Shown piece by piece: positions 1 to 8,331 of a DNA stretch of 23,151 nt. The position numbers and the translations under genes were made by a program. The stretch covers positions 1 to 23,151 of the forward strand of contig NW_021836675.1 of NCBI RefSeq assembly GCF_006345805.1, read 5' to 3'. Under the pieces are notes generated by a model. That model searched no databases. It had not been told where the DNA came from and was given only the letters and a program-made list of their open reading frames with translations. The stretch's first letter is position 1. Each line of letters starts with the position of its first letter. The DNA is from Octopus sinensis (taxonomy: Eukaryota).

Positions 1-106
1 CAGGTGGGGTTTGGCCTTTAAAATTACCTTAGTGTAGAAGTTAACCTCCCTTTTATTGGTTGCAAATTTTGGTCTGAAAACTGGACTTGTATGCCAGAAA
101 ATACGG
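1..106. mobile_element. Right end of a Tc1/mariner-superfamily (pogo/Tigger-like) DNA transposon or MITE, cut by the window edge
   Basis: 84-106 GACTTGTATGCCAGAAAATACGG; the reverse complement CCGTATTTTCTGGCATACAAGTC resembles pogo/Tigger-type TIRs (CCGTATTTTCCGGCGTATAAG...). The expected TA target reads TG. The partner TIR is not in the window. Confidence 0.5.
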
Positions 107-412
107 TGCTTGGTCTCACACTTCACGAAGACTAAATTTGGAAATAGATAAAACACCTACGTTTGTCTCGAAGCAGTATCTATAAAGTGAAGGGTTTATA
201 TGAAGTTCTGATATTACTTCTACTTGTATCGATAGAGAATAAATTAAATAGGAAAAAAAATATGAGATTACAGCCGCTCACAGATGTAAGATGCTGATAA
301 TGAAGATAAATGGACGAGAACAATGGACGGTCGGAAAAAAAAAAGAATTTCGCAAGAGTCTAAGATAAAGGGAAGAAAACAGGCAAAAGCCTTATGTATA
401 TGAACGAGAGGA

Positions 413-418
413 AAGAAA

Positions 419-452
<34 letters not shown>

Positions 453-460
453 CAGACAGG
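413..460. repeat. (AG)n-rich microsatellite
   Basis: Direct reading of the sequence. Confidence 0.9.
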
Positions 461-709
461 CTGAAAAATAGTGGGGTATGCGGGTGTATATGCATGCGTA
501 TATTTTTGTATATATGTATACACATTCTTTTTTTCATACATATTTATCTGTTAGAGTGACGATGTGTGTTTGTGTGACGGTGTGTCTTTGCGTTTCTGGA
601 TAGATGTACCAAGGAGTGTGCGTCAGAGACTGTGTTAAAGACGACTTAGGAATTACGCTTAGAGAGTGGTAAGAATATGCGTGTATCTCCGTTAATAAAA
701 GCGATAATA

Positions 710-923
710 ATGGTTTCATATTTTGATACCAAGCCAGCAACCCCAGGGAATGGTTAAGTCCATCTCATCGACTCTAGTATTCAATTGGAACTTATTTTGT
801 CAACCCAGAAAGGGTGAAAGGCAAAGTCGACCACGGCAGAATTTGAACTCAGAACATAAAAACGGATGAAATACCGCTAAGCTTTTGCCCAGTGTGCTAA
901 CGGTTCTGCCACCTCAGCACCTT
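710..923 (-). mobile_element. tRNA-derived SINE, family A, copy 1
   Basis: Minus strand has a pol III box A-like TGGCAGAACCGTT, a box B-like GAGTTCAAATTCT, and the core GGTCGACTTTGCCTTTCACCCTTTCTGGGTTGACAAAATAAGTTCCA. Homologous to the adjacent copies. Confidence 0.85.
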
Positions 924-939
924 ATTAATAAGGATAATA

Positions 940-1154
940 ATCCATTTTAATATAGGCACAAGGCCTGAAATTTTAGGGGAAGGGACAAGCCGATTACATT
1001 GACTCCAGTGTTTCACTGGTACTTATTTTATAGACTCCGAAAGGATGAAAAAGAAAGTCGACCGCGGAAGAATTTGAAATCAGAAAGTAGCACAGACATA
1101 ATACCGCTAAGCATTCCGTCCAGCGTGCTAACGATTTTGCCAGCTTGCTACCTT
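940..1154 (-). mobile_element. tRNA-derived SINE, family A, copy 2
   Basis: Same motifs as 710-923 on the + strand: GAAAGGATGAAA..AAAGTCGACCGCGGAAGAATTTGAAATCAGAA...ATACCGCTAAGCATT...GTGCTAACGATTTTGCCAGCT. Confidence 0.85.
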
Positions 1155-1187
1155 GCTACCTTGATGATGATGATGATGATGATGATG

Positions 1188-1684
1188 CAGTACCGGGCAG
1201 TGGCTCTCATGGATCTGATCTTAACTGATTGGAAGTGTTATCGTGTACATTGTTTTGTCTATTTGTTTGACCTTAACCAATTGAGCATGTCTCTTAGTGG
1301 CTGACGATATGTGCATCTCTGATCACGAGCAGAAGTTTGTGGGGAGCATCATAGCCGTGTGTTGAGAGGGATTATTTGGGATTTGAATAATTCACCTCTG
1401 GAAACATGGGTGTTTCGTTCAACATCCTTAAACAATCCTTATTCAGGGACCTTTTGAGCGGATGGGTTACTCGACCAGAAGAAAATTCTAACTGGGCCCC
1501 CATTTGCAAGGTCATGCGCTGTTTATCTTGATGTGAGATCACCATGCCGCGCACATATGGTTTTGATGCATGTATCTGGTGTACCCATATCTGACAGGTA
1601 GTCATGATGGGTATACTGGGCTTCGTATATTTTACCTCAGTGTCACTTTGATGGCATGCACTGCTCTCTCACTCAATAATGATG

Positions 1685-1715
<31 letters not shown>

Positions 1716-1740
1716 TAATAATAATAATAATAATAATAAT
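1188..1740 (+). mobile_element. 3' portion of a non-LTR retroposon (LINE 3' region or non-autonomous derivative) ending in an (AAT)n tail
   Basis: Ends ...GCATGCACTGCTCTCTCACTC followed by (AAT)n at 1675-1740. The same 3' end plus tail recurs on the minus strand at 15707-15845. Confidence 0.75.
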
Positions 1741-1955
1741 GGCTTTAAATTTTGGTTCAAGGACTGAAATTTTAGGAAGAAGGGGTTAGTCGATTCGCAT
1801 TGACCCTCGTCCATGGCTGGCACTTGTTTTGACCTCGAAAGTATGAAAGCCAATGTTAACCTCGGTGGTATTTGAAATCAGAACGTTAACAGCCAGATGA
1901 AATGCTGCGAAGCATTTCTTCTCACAGCTCATTCTATTCTACCAGAACACTGCCT
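1741..1955 (-). mobile_element. tRNA-derived SINE, family A, copy 3 (diverged)
   Basis: GAAAGTATGAAAGCCAATGTTAACCTCGGTGGTATTTGAAATCAGAACG...AAGCATTT...ATTCTACCAG, homologous to copies 1-2. Confidence 0.8.
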
Positions 1956-1957
1956 GT

Positions 1958-2148
1958 CTTTTGAAATGTTGGTACAGGACAGCAATTTTTAGAGGGAGGG
2001 GCCAGGTGGTTCATTATTTTATCGACCCCCAAAAGAATGAAAGGCAAAAGTAACCTCAGCAGGATTTGAAATCAGAACATTAAGAGCCAAATGAAATGCC
2101 GCTCAACATTTAGTTAGGCGCGCTAACGATTCTACCAGCTTGGCACCA
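1958..2148 (-). mobile_element. tRNA-derived SINE, family A, copy 4
   Basis: TTTTATCGACCCCCAAAAGAATGAAAGGCAAAAGTAACCTCAGCAGGATTTGAAATCAGAAC...GCGCGCTAACGATTCTACCAGCT. Confidence 0.8.
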
Positions 2149-2164
2149 TAAAAATAAGAATAGT

Positions 2165-2277
2165 CCAGCAATTTTAGGGGAAAGGATTAGTTGGTTATAT
2201 CGACCCCAGTATATGATAGGCACTTTGCTTTTAATCCTTCTCGGGTTAAAAAAAATAAAGTTAACCTTGGCGGGATT
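2165..2277 (-). mobile_element. SINE family A, copy 5 (5'-truncated, lacks most of the tRNA head)
   Basis: CCAGCAATTTTAGGGGAAAGGATTAG...ATCGACCCCAGTAT...AAAGTTAACCTTGGCGGGATTT. Confidence 0.65.
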
Positions 2278-2343
2278 TTTCTTTGAACAATATATTTATG
2301 AAATCTAGATGGTTATTTTGATTTATCACTATTTCAATTGCAG

Positions 2344-2432
2344 AAAATGGGATTTTATTCAGCCGGGCAGTTATTCGCAGTATCAGAGAATATTTTACTC
2401 CCCGTTTCTTATATCGGAGCATGTGGCTGCGT
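2344..2432 (+). CDS. Candidate 89-nt internal exon of an unidentified gene
   Basis: Acceptor TTTCAATTGCAG| and strong donor CGT|GTGAGT. Non-repetitive and CpG-containing. All three frames are stop-free; the phase-1 frame gives (x)NGILFSRAVIRSIREYFTPRFLYRSMWLR. Confidence 0.45.
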
Positions 2433-2679
2433 GTGAGTACATACCACTGACGAGGTTCAGATTGCCGAAATGCATCGAATGCTCTCGCTACACGCTGCTG
2501 GAACGATTTTCATTTCCCTCTGATATATATATATACATGTGTGTGTGTCTGTGTGTGGGGGGATTAATCATAGCATGTCCATATTGGATGAATATCGCAG
2601 TAAATTGACTTCCAACGAAGTATTTACTTTAAGCATGATACATAGATGTCTGTTTTAATCTGATGCCACTTCTGCGAAT

Positions 2680-3392
2680 AACAAATAAACACACACATAC
2701 ATACACACGCATACAAGTAAACACACGCATTTGCTTGTGTGTGTGTGTGTGTGTGTGTGTGTGGTGTGTACATAAGTTTCGCGTGTTTTCACGTACCTGT
2801 GTGTCTGTGTGTCTGTCTGGCTGAATGTTTGTGTCAGTGCGTTTGTGTGTATGTATGTGTATAAGTGAGTGTATATGACTGAACATATGTGTTGTATGTG
2901 TTTGTAAGTATGTGTGCATTTGTCTGTGGGAGTGCGTGCGCGTTTCTTTGTGAATGTGTGTATCCGTGTGTGTATATATGTGTGTTTGTGTGTGTGAAAG
3001 TATAGATCTATGATTAAAAAAGAGAATGAGAGCATCGGGAATTAGACATAGCGAAAATGAGGTTAAATAAAAAATGACAAATTGATTTGTGAAGGGGAGA
3101 GAGAGAGATGGAAGGAGGGAGAAGAAACAAGAACGAGAGAGAGAGAGAGACAGAGAGAGTGAGAGAGAGATGCAAGGTAAGAGCGATAGAAAGCGGAATA
3201 AGTGGTACACAAACGCATACACACACACACACAAACACAAATACATACATACGGGCACGTGCAACTACATCCATATCTATGAATACATAGATACACCAAT
3301 ACACCTACATACTTATTTGTGTGTGTGTGTGCATACACACATACACAATAAATATATATGTGTATATGTATATATGTATATGTATATATACA
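2680..3392. repeat. Compound (CA/GT)n, (AG)n and (TA)n microsatellite-rich tract
   Basis: Direct reading; source of several spurious ORFs. Confidence 0.85.
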
Positions 3393-3494
3393 GACCGAGC
3401 TAGAAGAGTTGATTGTAAGATAATGAGAGAACATTTGTGATCGATCGTGGCTGTTCTAGATTAAAGATTTCATTTTTTTGTTTGTTTGTTTCAG

Positions 3495-3530
3495 AGCTGC
3501 CAGAATCTACCAGAAATATCTGAGAGTTGA
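3495..3530 (+). CDS. Candidate terminal coding exon (SCQNLPEISES*); alternatively a 41-nt internal exon ending at 3535
   Basis: Strong acceptor TTTTTTTGTTTGTTTGTTTCAG| at 3494. In phase 0 after exon 2344-2432 it reads SCQNLPEISES-TGA (3528-3530). A possible donor AAG|GTGATG lies at 3535/3536. Confidence 0.35.
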   Translation, partial: SCQNLPEISES

Positions 3531-3534
3531 TCAA

Positions 3535-3682
3535 GGTGATGGTAGTGACGATGGTAATGGCAACGGTGGTGTCGGTGCTATTATTTGTGGTGTGGTGACT
3601 ATGGTGCCAGTAGTGGTGGTGGTAGTAGAAATAATGATGGTGTATGTACCAGTAGTAGTAGTGGTGGTGGTGGTGGTGGTGG
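3535..3682. repeat. Degenerate (GGT/GTA/GAT)n trinucleotide tract
   Basis: Direct reading. Confidence 0.8.
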
Positions 3683-3708
3683 AATTAAAGACGTCTTAGT
3701 TTCAGTTA

Positions 3709-4038
3709 GTGAGGGCGCGTGGCTTAGTGGTTAGGGCATTCGGCTCATGATCGTAAGGTTGTGAGTTCGATTCCCGGCGACGCGTTGTGTCCTTGAGCAA
3801 GACACTTTATTTCACGTTGCTCCAGTCCACTCAGCTGGCAAAAATGAGTTGTACTTGTATTTCAAAGGGTCAGCCTTGTCACTCTCTGTGTCACGCTGAT
3901 TATCCCCGAGAACTACGCTAAGGGTACACGTGTCTGTGGAATGCTCAGCCATTTGCACGTTAATTTCACGAGCAAGCTGTTCCGTTGATCGTATCAGCTG
4001 GGACCCTCGTCGTCGTAACCGGCGGAGTCTTTAGTCTT
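3709..4038 (+). mobile_element. Intact tRNA-derived SINE (family B, CORE-like central domain) with 13-bp TSD
   Basis: Box A TGGCTTAGTGG (3720-3730), box B GAGTTCGATTCC (3763-3774), CORE-like GTGTCCTTGAGCAAGACACTT, and a short (AGTCTTT)2 tail. Perfect direct repeat TTAGTTTCAGTTA at 3696-3708 and 4039-4051. Confidence 0.92.
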
Positions 4039-4054
4039 TTAGTTTCAGTTAATA

Positions 4055-4263
4055 TTCTGGTAGCTCCTGGTCAACTCAGTTCGAATAGATCAATGATTAA
4101 ACGTGTTCCAGACGTGACCACCCCATCTTTTTATTCATATCACACACAACATCACATTAACCAATGGGTACTTCGTCAAGCCGTTCTGTAAGGTTTGAGC
4201 TAAGAGAGAATTGGCTGGCATTTTTAGCATAAAGTGTAGCTACTTTCAGGCTCCTTCGTTGGC
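4055..4263 (-). mobile_element. Interspersed repeat family D (SINE-like 3' module), diverged copy
   Basis: The minus strand GCCAACGAAGGAGCC...GCTAAAAATGCCAGCCAATTCTCTC...GGTCACGTCTGGAACACGTTTAATCATTGATCT resembles 13070-13285 and the units at 20805-21412. Confidence 0.55.
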
Positions 4264-4308
4264 ACGGGAAGGTTTTATGCTTACTCAAGTCCTTCGCATC
4301 CTGTAGGA

Positions 4309-4537
4309 CAGTGGCTCCCCAACATTTTAGGGTTACTGTCCCTTTGGCATCCAGACCACATTCCTAGTGCCCCTCCCCCTCCACCCACCACCACCACCAC
4401 AAACATAGACCTCTTTCTGAAGCAAATTCAAAACAACTGTGTTTCACAAATAAAACTTAACCTAATGAACCCATTATCTTGTTGCTTTTACATGGCCACC
4501 CCATTAACACCCCACTTTTTTCAACGCCCCACAGGTT
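4309..4537. mobile_element. Possible hAT-type MITE remnant (left TIR only)
   Basis: CAGTGGCTCCCCAACATTTT at 4309 resembles hAT/Charlie TIRs (CAGTGGTTCCCAACCTTTT). No intact right TIR. Confidence 0.35.
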
Positions 4538-4544
4538 CATTCCA

Positions 4545-4890
4545 TCCAACCCTTTCCCAGAGGTTGCAGTATCGCTCACTTTGGGACCCACAGCTGTAGA
4601 GCATCGGCCGTCAACGACTTTTCTCCAATGCTCTCGACTCAAGACTCTCCTCTCTACGACTTTCGAGTTGGATCCATGCTTTTCCAGCTCTGCTACAGAA
4701 TCATGCCACCATCTATTTTGAGGGTCTTCCTTGTGGAATGTTTCCTAAACGGAAGACCTTCATCTCTCCAGACTCGTTGGTGTTGAATTGCAATTAAGGT
4801 TTCTGTAAATGTTTGGTACAAGTGTTTACCCAATGCAAAACCATTTTTATCGCTGGAAAGAGATGGTCCATATTAGTCTGGAACACACCC
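4545..4890 (-). mobile_element. RTE-clade LINE, decayed 3' end of the reverse transcriptase ORF
   Basis: Minus-strand translation with frameshifts gives GNIPQGRP/QNRWWHDSVAEL/GKHGSNSKVVERRVLSREHWRKVVDGRCSTAVG. This fits the RTE C-terminal pattern GRP..W......L......W..A.DR..WR..V..LC. Confidence 0.75.
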
Positions 4891-5267
4891 TTTGACTTGT
4901 CCAGCATGCAAGGCCCCAACAAAGAACTTACTACCCGATGGCGTGGCACCCTGGGTTATTGAAGCCCAAGAGCCATCATACTGCAACAAAGACTGGATTT
5001 TGTGGCCACTTCTGTGCCATTGTGATTGTGTTGGCTTTGGTGATTGTGGTCACCGTGTATGTACCGCTAGTAGTGGCATCATAGGAGATATGTTTCAATC
5101 TTTTGAGTGCGGCCATACTGGTGCACTACCTTGAATTCTAGTCTAAGGAATCAACTGAAGTAACTCACCCATCTTCCTCTTGCTAAGTACCAAGACGTTT
5201 CGTCACTTGTACTAGTTGGTTACACACACACACACCACACACACACACATACATAGACACACATGTA

Positions 5268-5601
5268 TAGGAGTGTTTGTGTGGGAAGACGCTTGCTTCC
5301 CAATCACATGGTTCTAGGTTCAGTCCTACTGTGTGGCATATTGAGTATGTGACTTCTGCTATAGCCTCAGGTCAACCAACGCCTTGAGTGGATTTGGTAG
5401 ACGGAAACTGAAAGAAGCTCGTCGTATATGAGTTTGTTTGTTTGTTCCTAAATAACACTTATTTTAGTGCTGTTGACACCGCTGGATTAAATGGTACTGC
5501 CCAGATGTCGAAACCGTAATGATATCCGTGGGGCAGCTGATGATGGAGGTATGTTAGATTGTTGGTGTCGCTGTGGAATAGTATTATGACACATCCTTTT
5601 G

Positions 5602-5651
<50 letters not shown>

Positions 5652-5845
5652 GTTTCTGTCTGTGTTTGTCCACCCCCACCATCGCTTGACAACCGATGTT
5701 GTTGTGTTTACGCCGCCGTAACTTAACGGTTCAGCAAAAGGTTATGATATAATAAGTACTAGGCTTACAAAGAACAACTCCTGGGGTCAATTTGTTCGAC
5801 TAAAGCATGGCCGCAGTCAAATGACTGGAAGAAGTAAATGAAGAA
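5268..5845 (+). mobile_element. tRNA-derived SINE, family C (bipartite, halves separated by an insert and (TA)n)
   Basis: 5' half 5268-5430: box B-like GGTTCAGTCC and GAGTGGATTTGGTAGACGGAAACTGAAAGAAGC. 3' half 5650-5845: CCATCGCTTGACAACCGATG...GCATGGCCGCAGTCAAATGACTG. Homologous to 9360-9510, 16775-17177, 15050-15195 and 21440-21505. Confidence 0.8.
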
Positions 5846-5869
5846 TATATAAATATACTCTATATATAC

Positions 5870-6200
5870 TACGATGAGAAAATATAGTTTCTTAGCGATG
5901 AAGTAGAGCATTTTATAAAATTCATTTCCTTTCACATTTATTCTCCTGAAGATAGTGAGTTTTAAGAATATATTTAATTTAATTTGGGTTTGCTGCTTGT
6001 TCCTGTCATTTTTATCTTCTCAAAGCACGGAACCACTCTAAATTCAGTAAAAATGATTAAAATATTGGTCTTCCACCACTGATGATCGTATATGTATCAC
6101 ATGAAACCACAAGGCCTCGAATTCTACAGTCTATTACAGCAGACATTATATTGTTTCTAGTATATCTACGTTTTAGCCGTATATGTACTCCATAGCACAA
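5870..6200 (+). mobile_element. Possible Penelope-like element terminal remnant
   Basis: Flanked by TA-rich repeats. Contains CTGAAGA (5946-5952) and CTGATGA...GAAACC (6079-6108), which resemble hammerhead core boxes; stems are imperfect. Confidence 0.3.
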
Positions 6201-6374
6201 AGCTATACAAATCTTTTCAACGTTTTTCTCACTCAACGTTTCAAATTACATTTCCGCCAATCTATTCTTTTGTTCAAATTCACTCGGTACTTACCAAATT
6301 GCATGCCTTCTAGTTGTCTCTCTCTCTGTTTGTGTCTATCGCTTCCTCTTTCACTCTCTATCTATACTTAGATA

Positions 6375-6630
6375 CGTATATATATATATATATATTTTTT
6401 TTCATATGAATATATGTATATATATATATATATATATATGAATATATGTATATCTATATATATAGATATATAGGAATAAACGGGCATGCATATGTTCCTG
6501 TCTATATCCCCTTCCCTCCCGCCACACACATACACACACAAAGATATATTTATGCGTATCTGTCTGTCTATCTCCTATCTGTAACAATACACACACATAC
6601 ATAATGTTATAATGTGTGTTAGTATTACCG

Positions 6631-6664
<34 letters not shown>

Positions 6665-6682
6665 AAGTATGTGTGTGTGTGT
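6375..6682. repeat. (TA)n / (CA)n / (GT)n microsatellites
   Basis: Direct reading. Confidence 0.85.
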
Positions 6683-6999
6683 ACTCAGGCTCTAATACTT
6701 AAACGCAGGTGCCGTTCAGGTAAAAAGGAAGAGGCGAACTGAAAGGAGGTGCGGGAGGAGTAAATGATGGAGAAGAGAAAATAGGAAAGCAATATGGCGC
6801 TGTCGACAATGCAGTGTAGTCTCTGACGTTTATGCTAATTATCTCACTGTACTTCACCTGTGGAACAACAGTGCAGGTGTAACTGCTAGTAAATGCTGCA
6901 GTGAAACGAGATGAGATGCACATTATTGCTGGCAGATCTTAGTCAACTTACTACTGACCTTATCAAGTTTGTATCGCTTACTTTCAAAACTCCCAACCT

Positions 7000-7111
7000 A
7001 TCTTTATCTATCTATCTATCTATCTATCTGGCTGTCTGTCAGTCTGTCTCTGTCTTTCTATCTATCTACCAATCTATCTATCTGTGTATCTACTTGTCTC
7101 TAGTCACTCAA

Positions 7112-7199
<88 letters not shown>

Positions 7200-7224
7200 G
7201 TCTGTCTGTCTGTCTATCTGTCTA

Positions 7225-7304
<80 letters not shown>

Positions 7305-7340
7305 CTTGTCTCTAGTCACTCAATTTCTCTCTCTATATAT

Positions 7341-7396
<56 letters not shown>

Positions 7397-7420
7397 ATGT
7401 TTGCGCACGCACACATACAC
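7000..7420. repeat. Compound (TATC)n-(TGTC)n-(TATC)n microsatellite followed by (CA)/(TA)/(GT) tracts
   Basis: Direct reading; includes a 26-bp direct repeat at 7087-7112 and 7299-7324. Confidence 0.95.
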
Positions 7421-7499
7421 CCGCACACTGCTGCATGCGCTGATAAATTAGTACCCATGCAATATGTGTGCATATCTCTTTAGAACAGAAGTGTGGATT

Positions 7500-8114
7500 G
7501 TGCCTTTCATTACCCTTTATGCAGCATATGCACAGGCCATTGTGTGCATAAGTTCATTCCAAGAAACTCAGATGGAGAATTCTTGGAATGCTTTACAAAT
7601 ATTCACTGCAACACCAATCGGTTGTATTTTGGCGATGCGAATCGGTCTACTGTGTTCTTTCTTGGAAACACCCGGAATTTCAAGGCTTTTATGTAAATCT
7701 CTGGTTGCGTAATCTCGTGCAAAAATGTTAATCGATAGCAAGGATATAAGCTTGCTGAAAGCTTTTCGTTAGTTCACCATATATGTTCTCTTTTATTTTA
7801 ATCTAAACTAGGCATTCCTATCGGGGTAGCTGAGCCCGACAGCAGGGCAAGGTTTTTTTTTTTCCTTGTTCAACAAAATATCAGGACCATTGTATTTTCA
7901 CCGCGTTGCTGTTCTTAGGAGAACCTTTTTCAGTGGTATAGCTATATTCAAGAACCGGTGTGTTTTTAATCTGTCCGTCGAGCCATTCTGTTCTGCAAAT
8001 AGCATCGCAAAGAGTTGAATAGTAAAGGTTTTCTCCTTCTAGATGAGATGCAACAGTTCTTGATGCAGGTTCCGGTGAGGCCACATTTCCGGCCAAAGTC
8101 TTTAATAATTTCAT
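7500..8114 (-). pseudogene. Decayed protein-like reading frame, possibly the ORF1 5' part of a Tx1/L1-like LINE
   Basis: The ATG-initiated ORF MKLLKTLAGNVASPEPASRT... (8114-7881) continues across stops and frameshifts as IKENIYGELTKSFQQAYILAID* and KSLEIPGVSKKEHSRPIRIAKIQPIGVAVNICKAFQEFSI*. Complex, non-microsatellite sequence adjacent to a LINE ORF2 fragment; no diagnostic motif. Confidence 0.35.
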
Positions 8115-8331
8115 GCTTGCAGGATATCTATCTACGCATTAGTTTCAGGACTGTTTACTAATCCAACTTCTGTTTAAGCAGGTTTGTCCAGTTAATCTTG
8201 GTTCACCTGGATTAGCTATACACTCAGGGAAGCTACTCAGAACCCTCGTGATGCTATTACTGTGCTGTTGAGTACACACGTGATTGACTTAGTTCTGTTA
8301 TTGCTCAGTAGAGGGTTGTCTGAGTGATTCG

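Noticed and set aside
274-285. 12-nt micro-exon (TACAG|CCGCTCACAGAT|GTAAGA)
   Set aside because: The upstream sequence is purine-rich with no polypyrimidine tract; probably chance.
3712-3780. tRNA gene
   Set aside because: Boxes A and B are present, but the sequence continues into a SINE body, lacks a proper acceptor stem and is bounded by a TSD; it is a SINE head.
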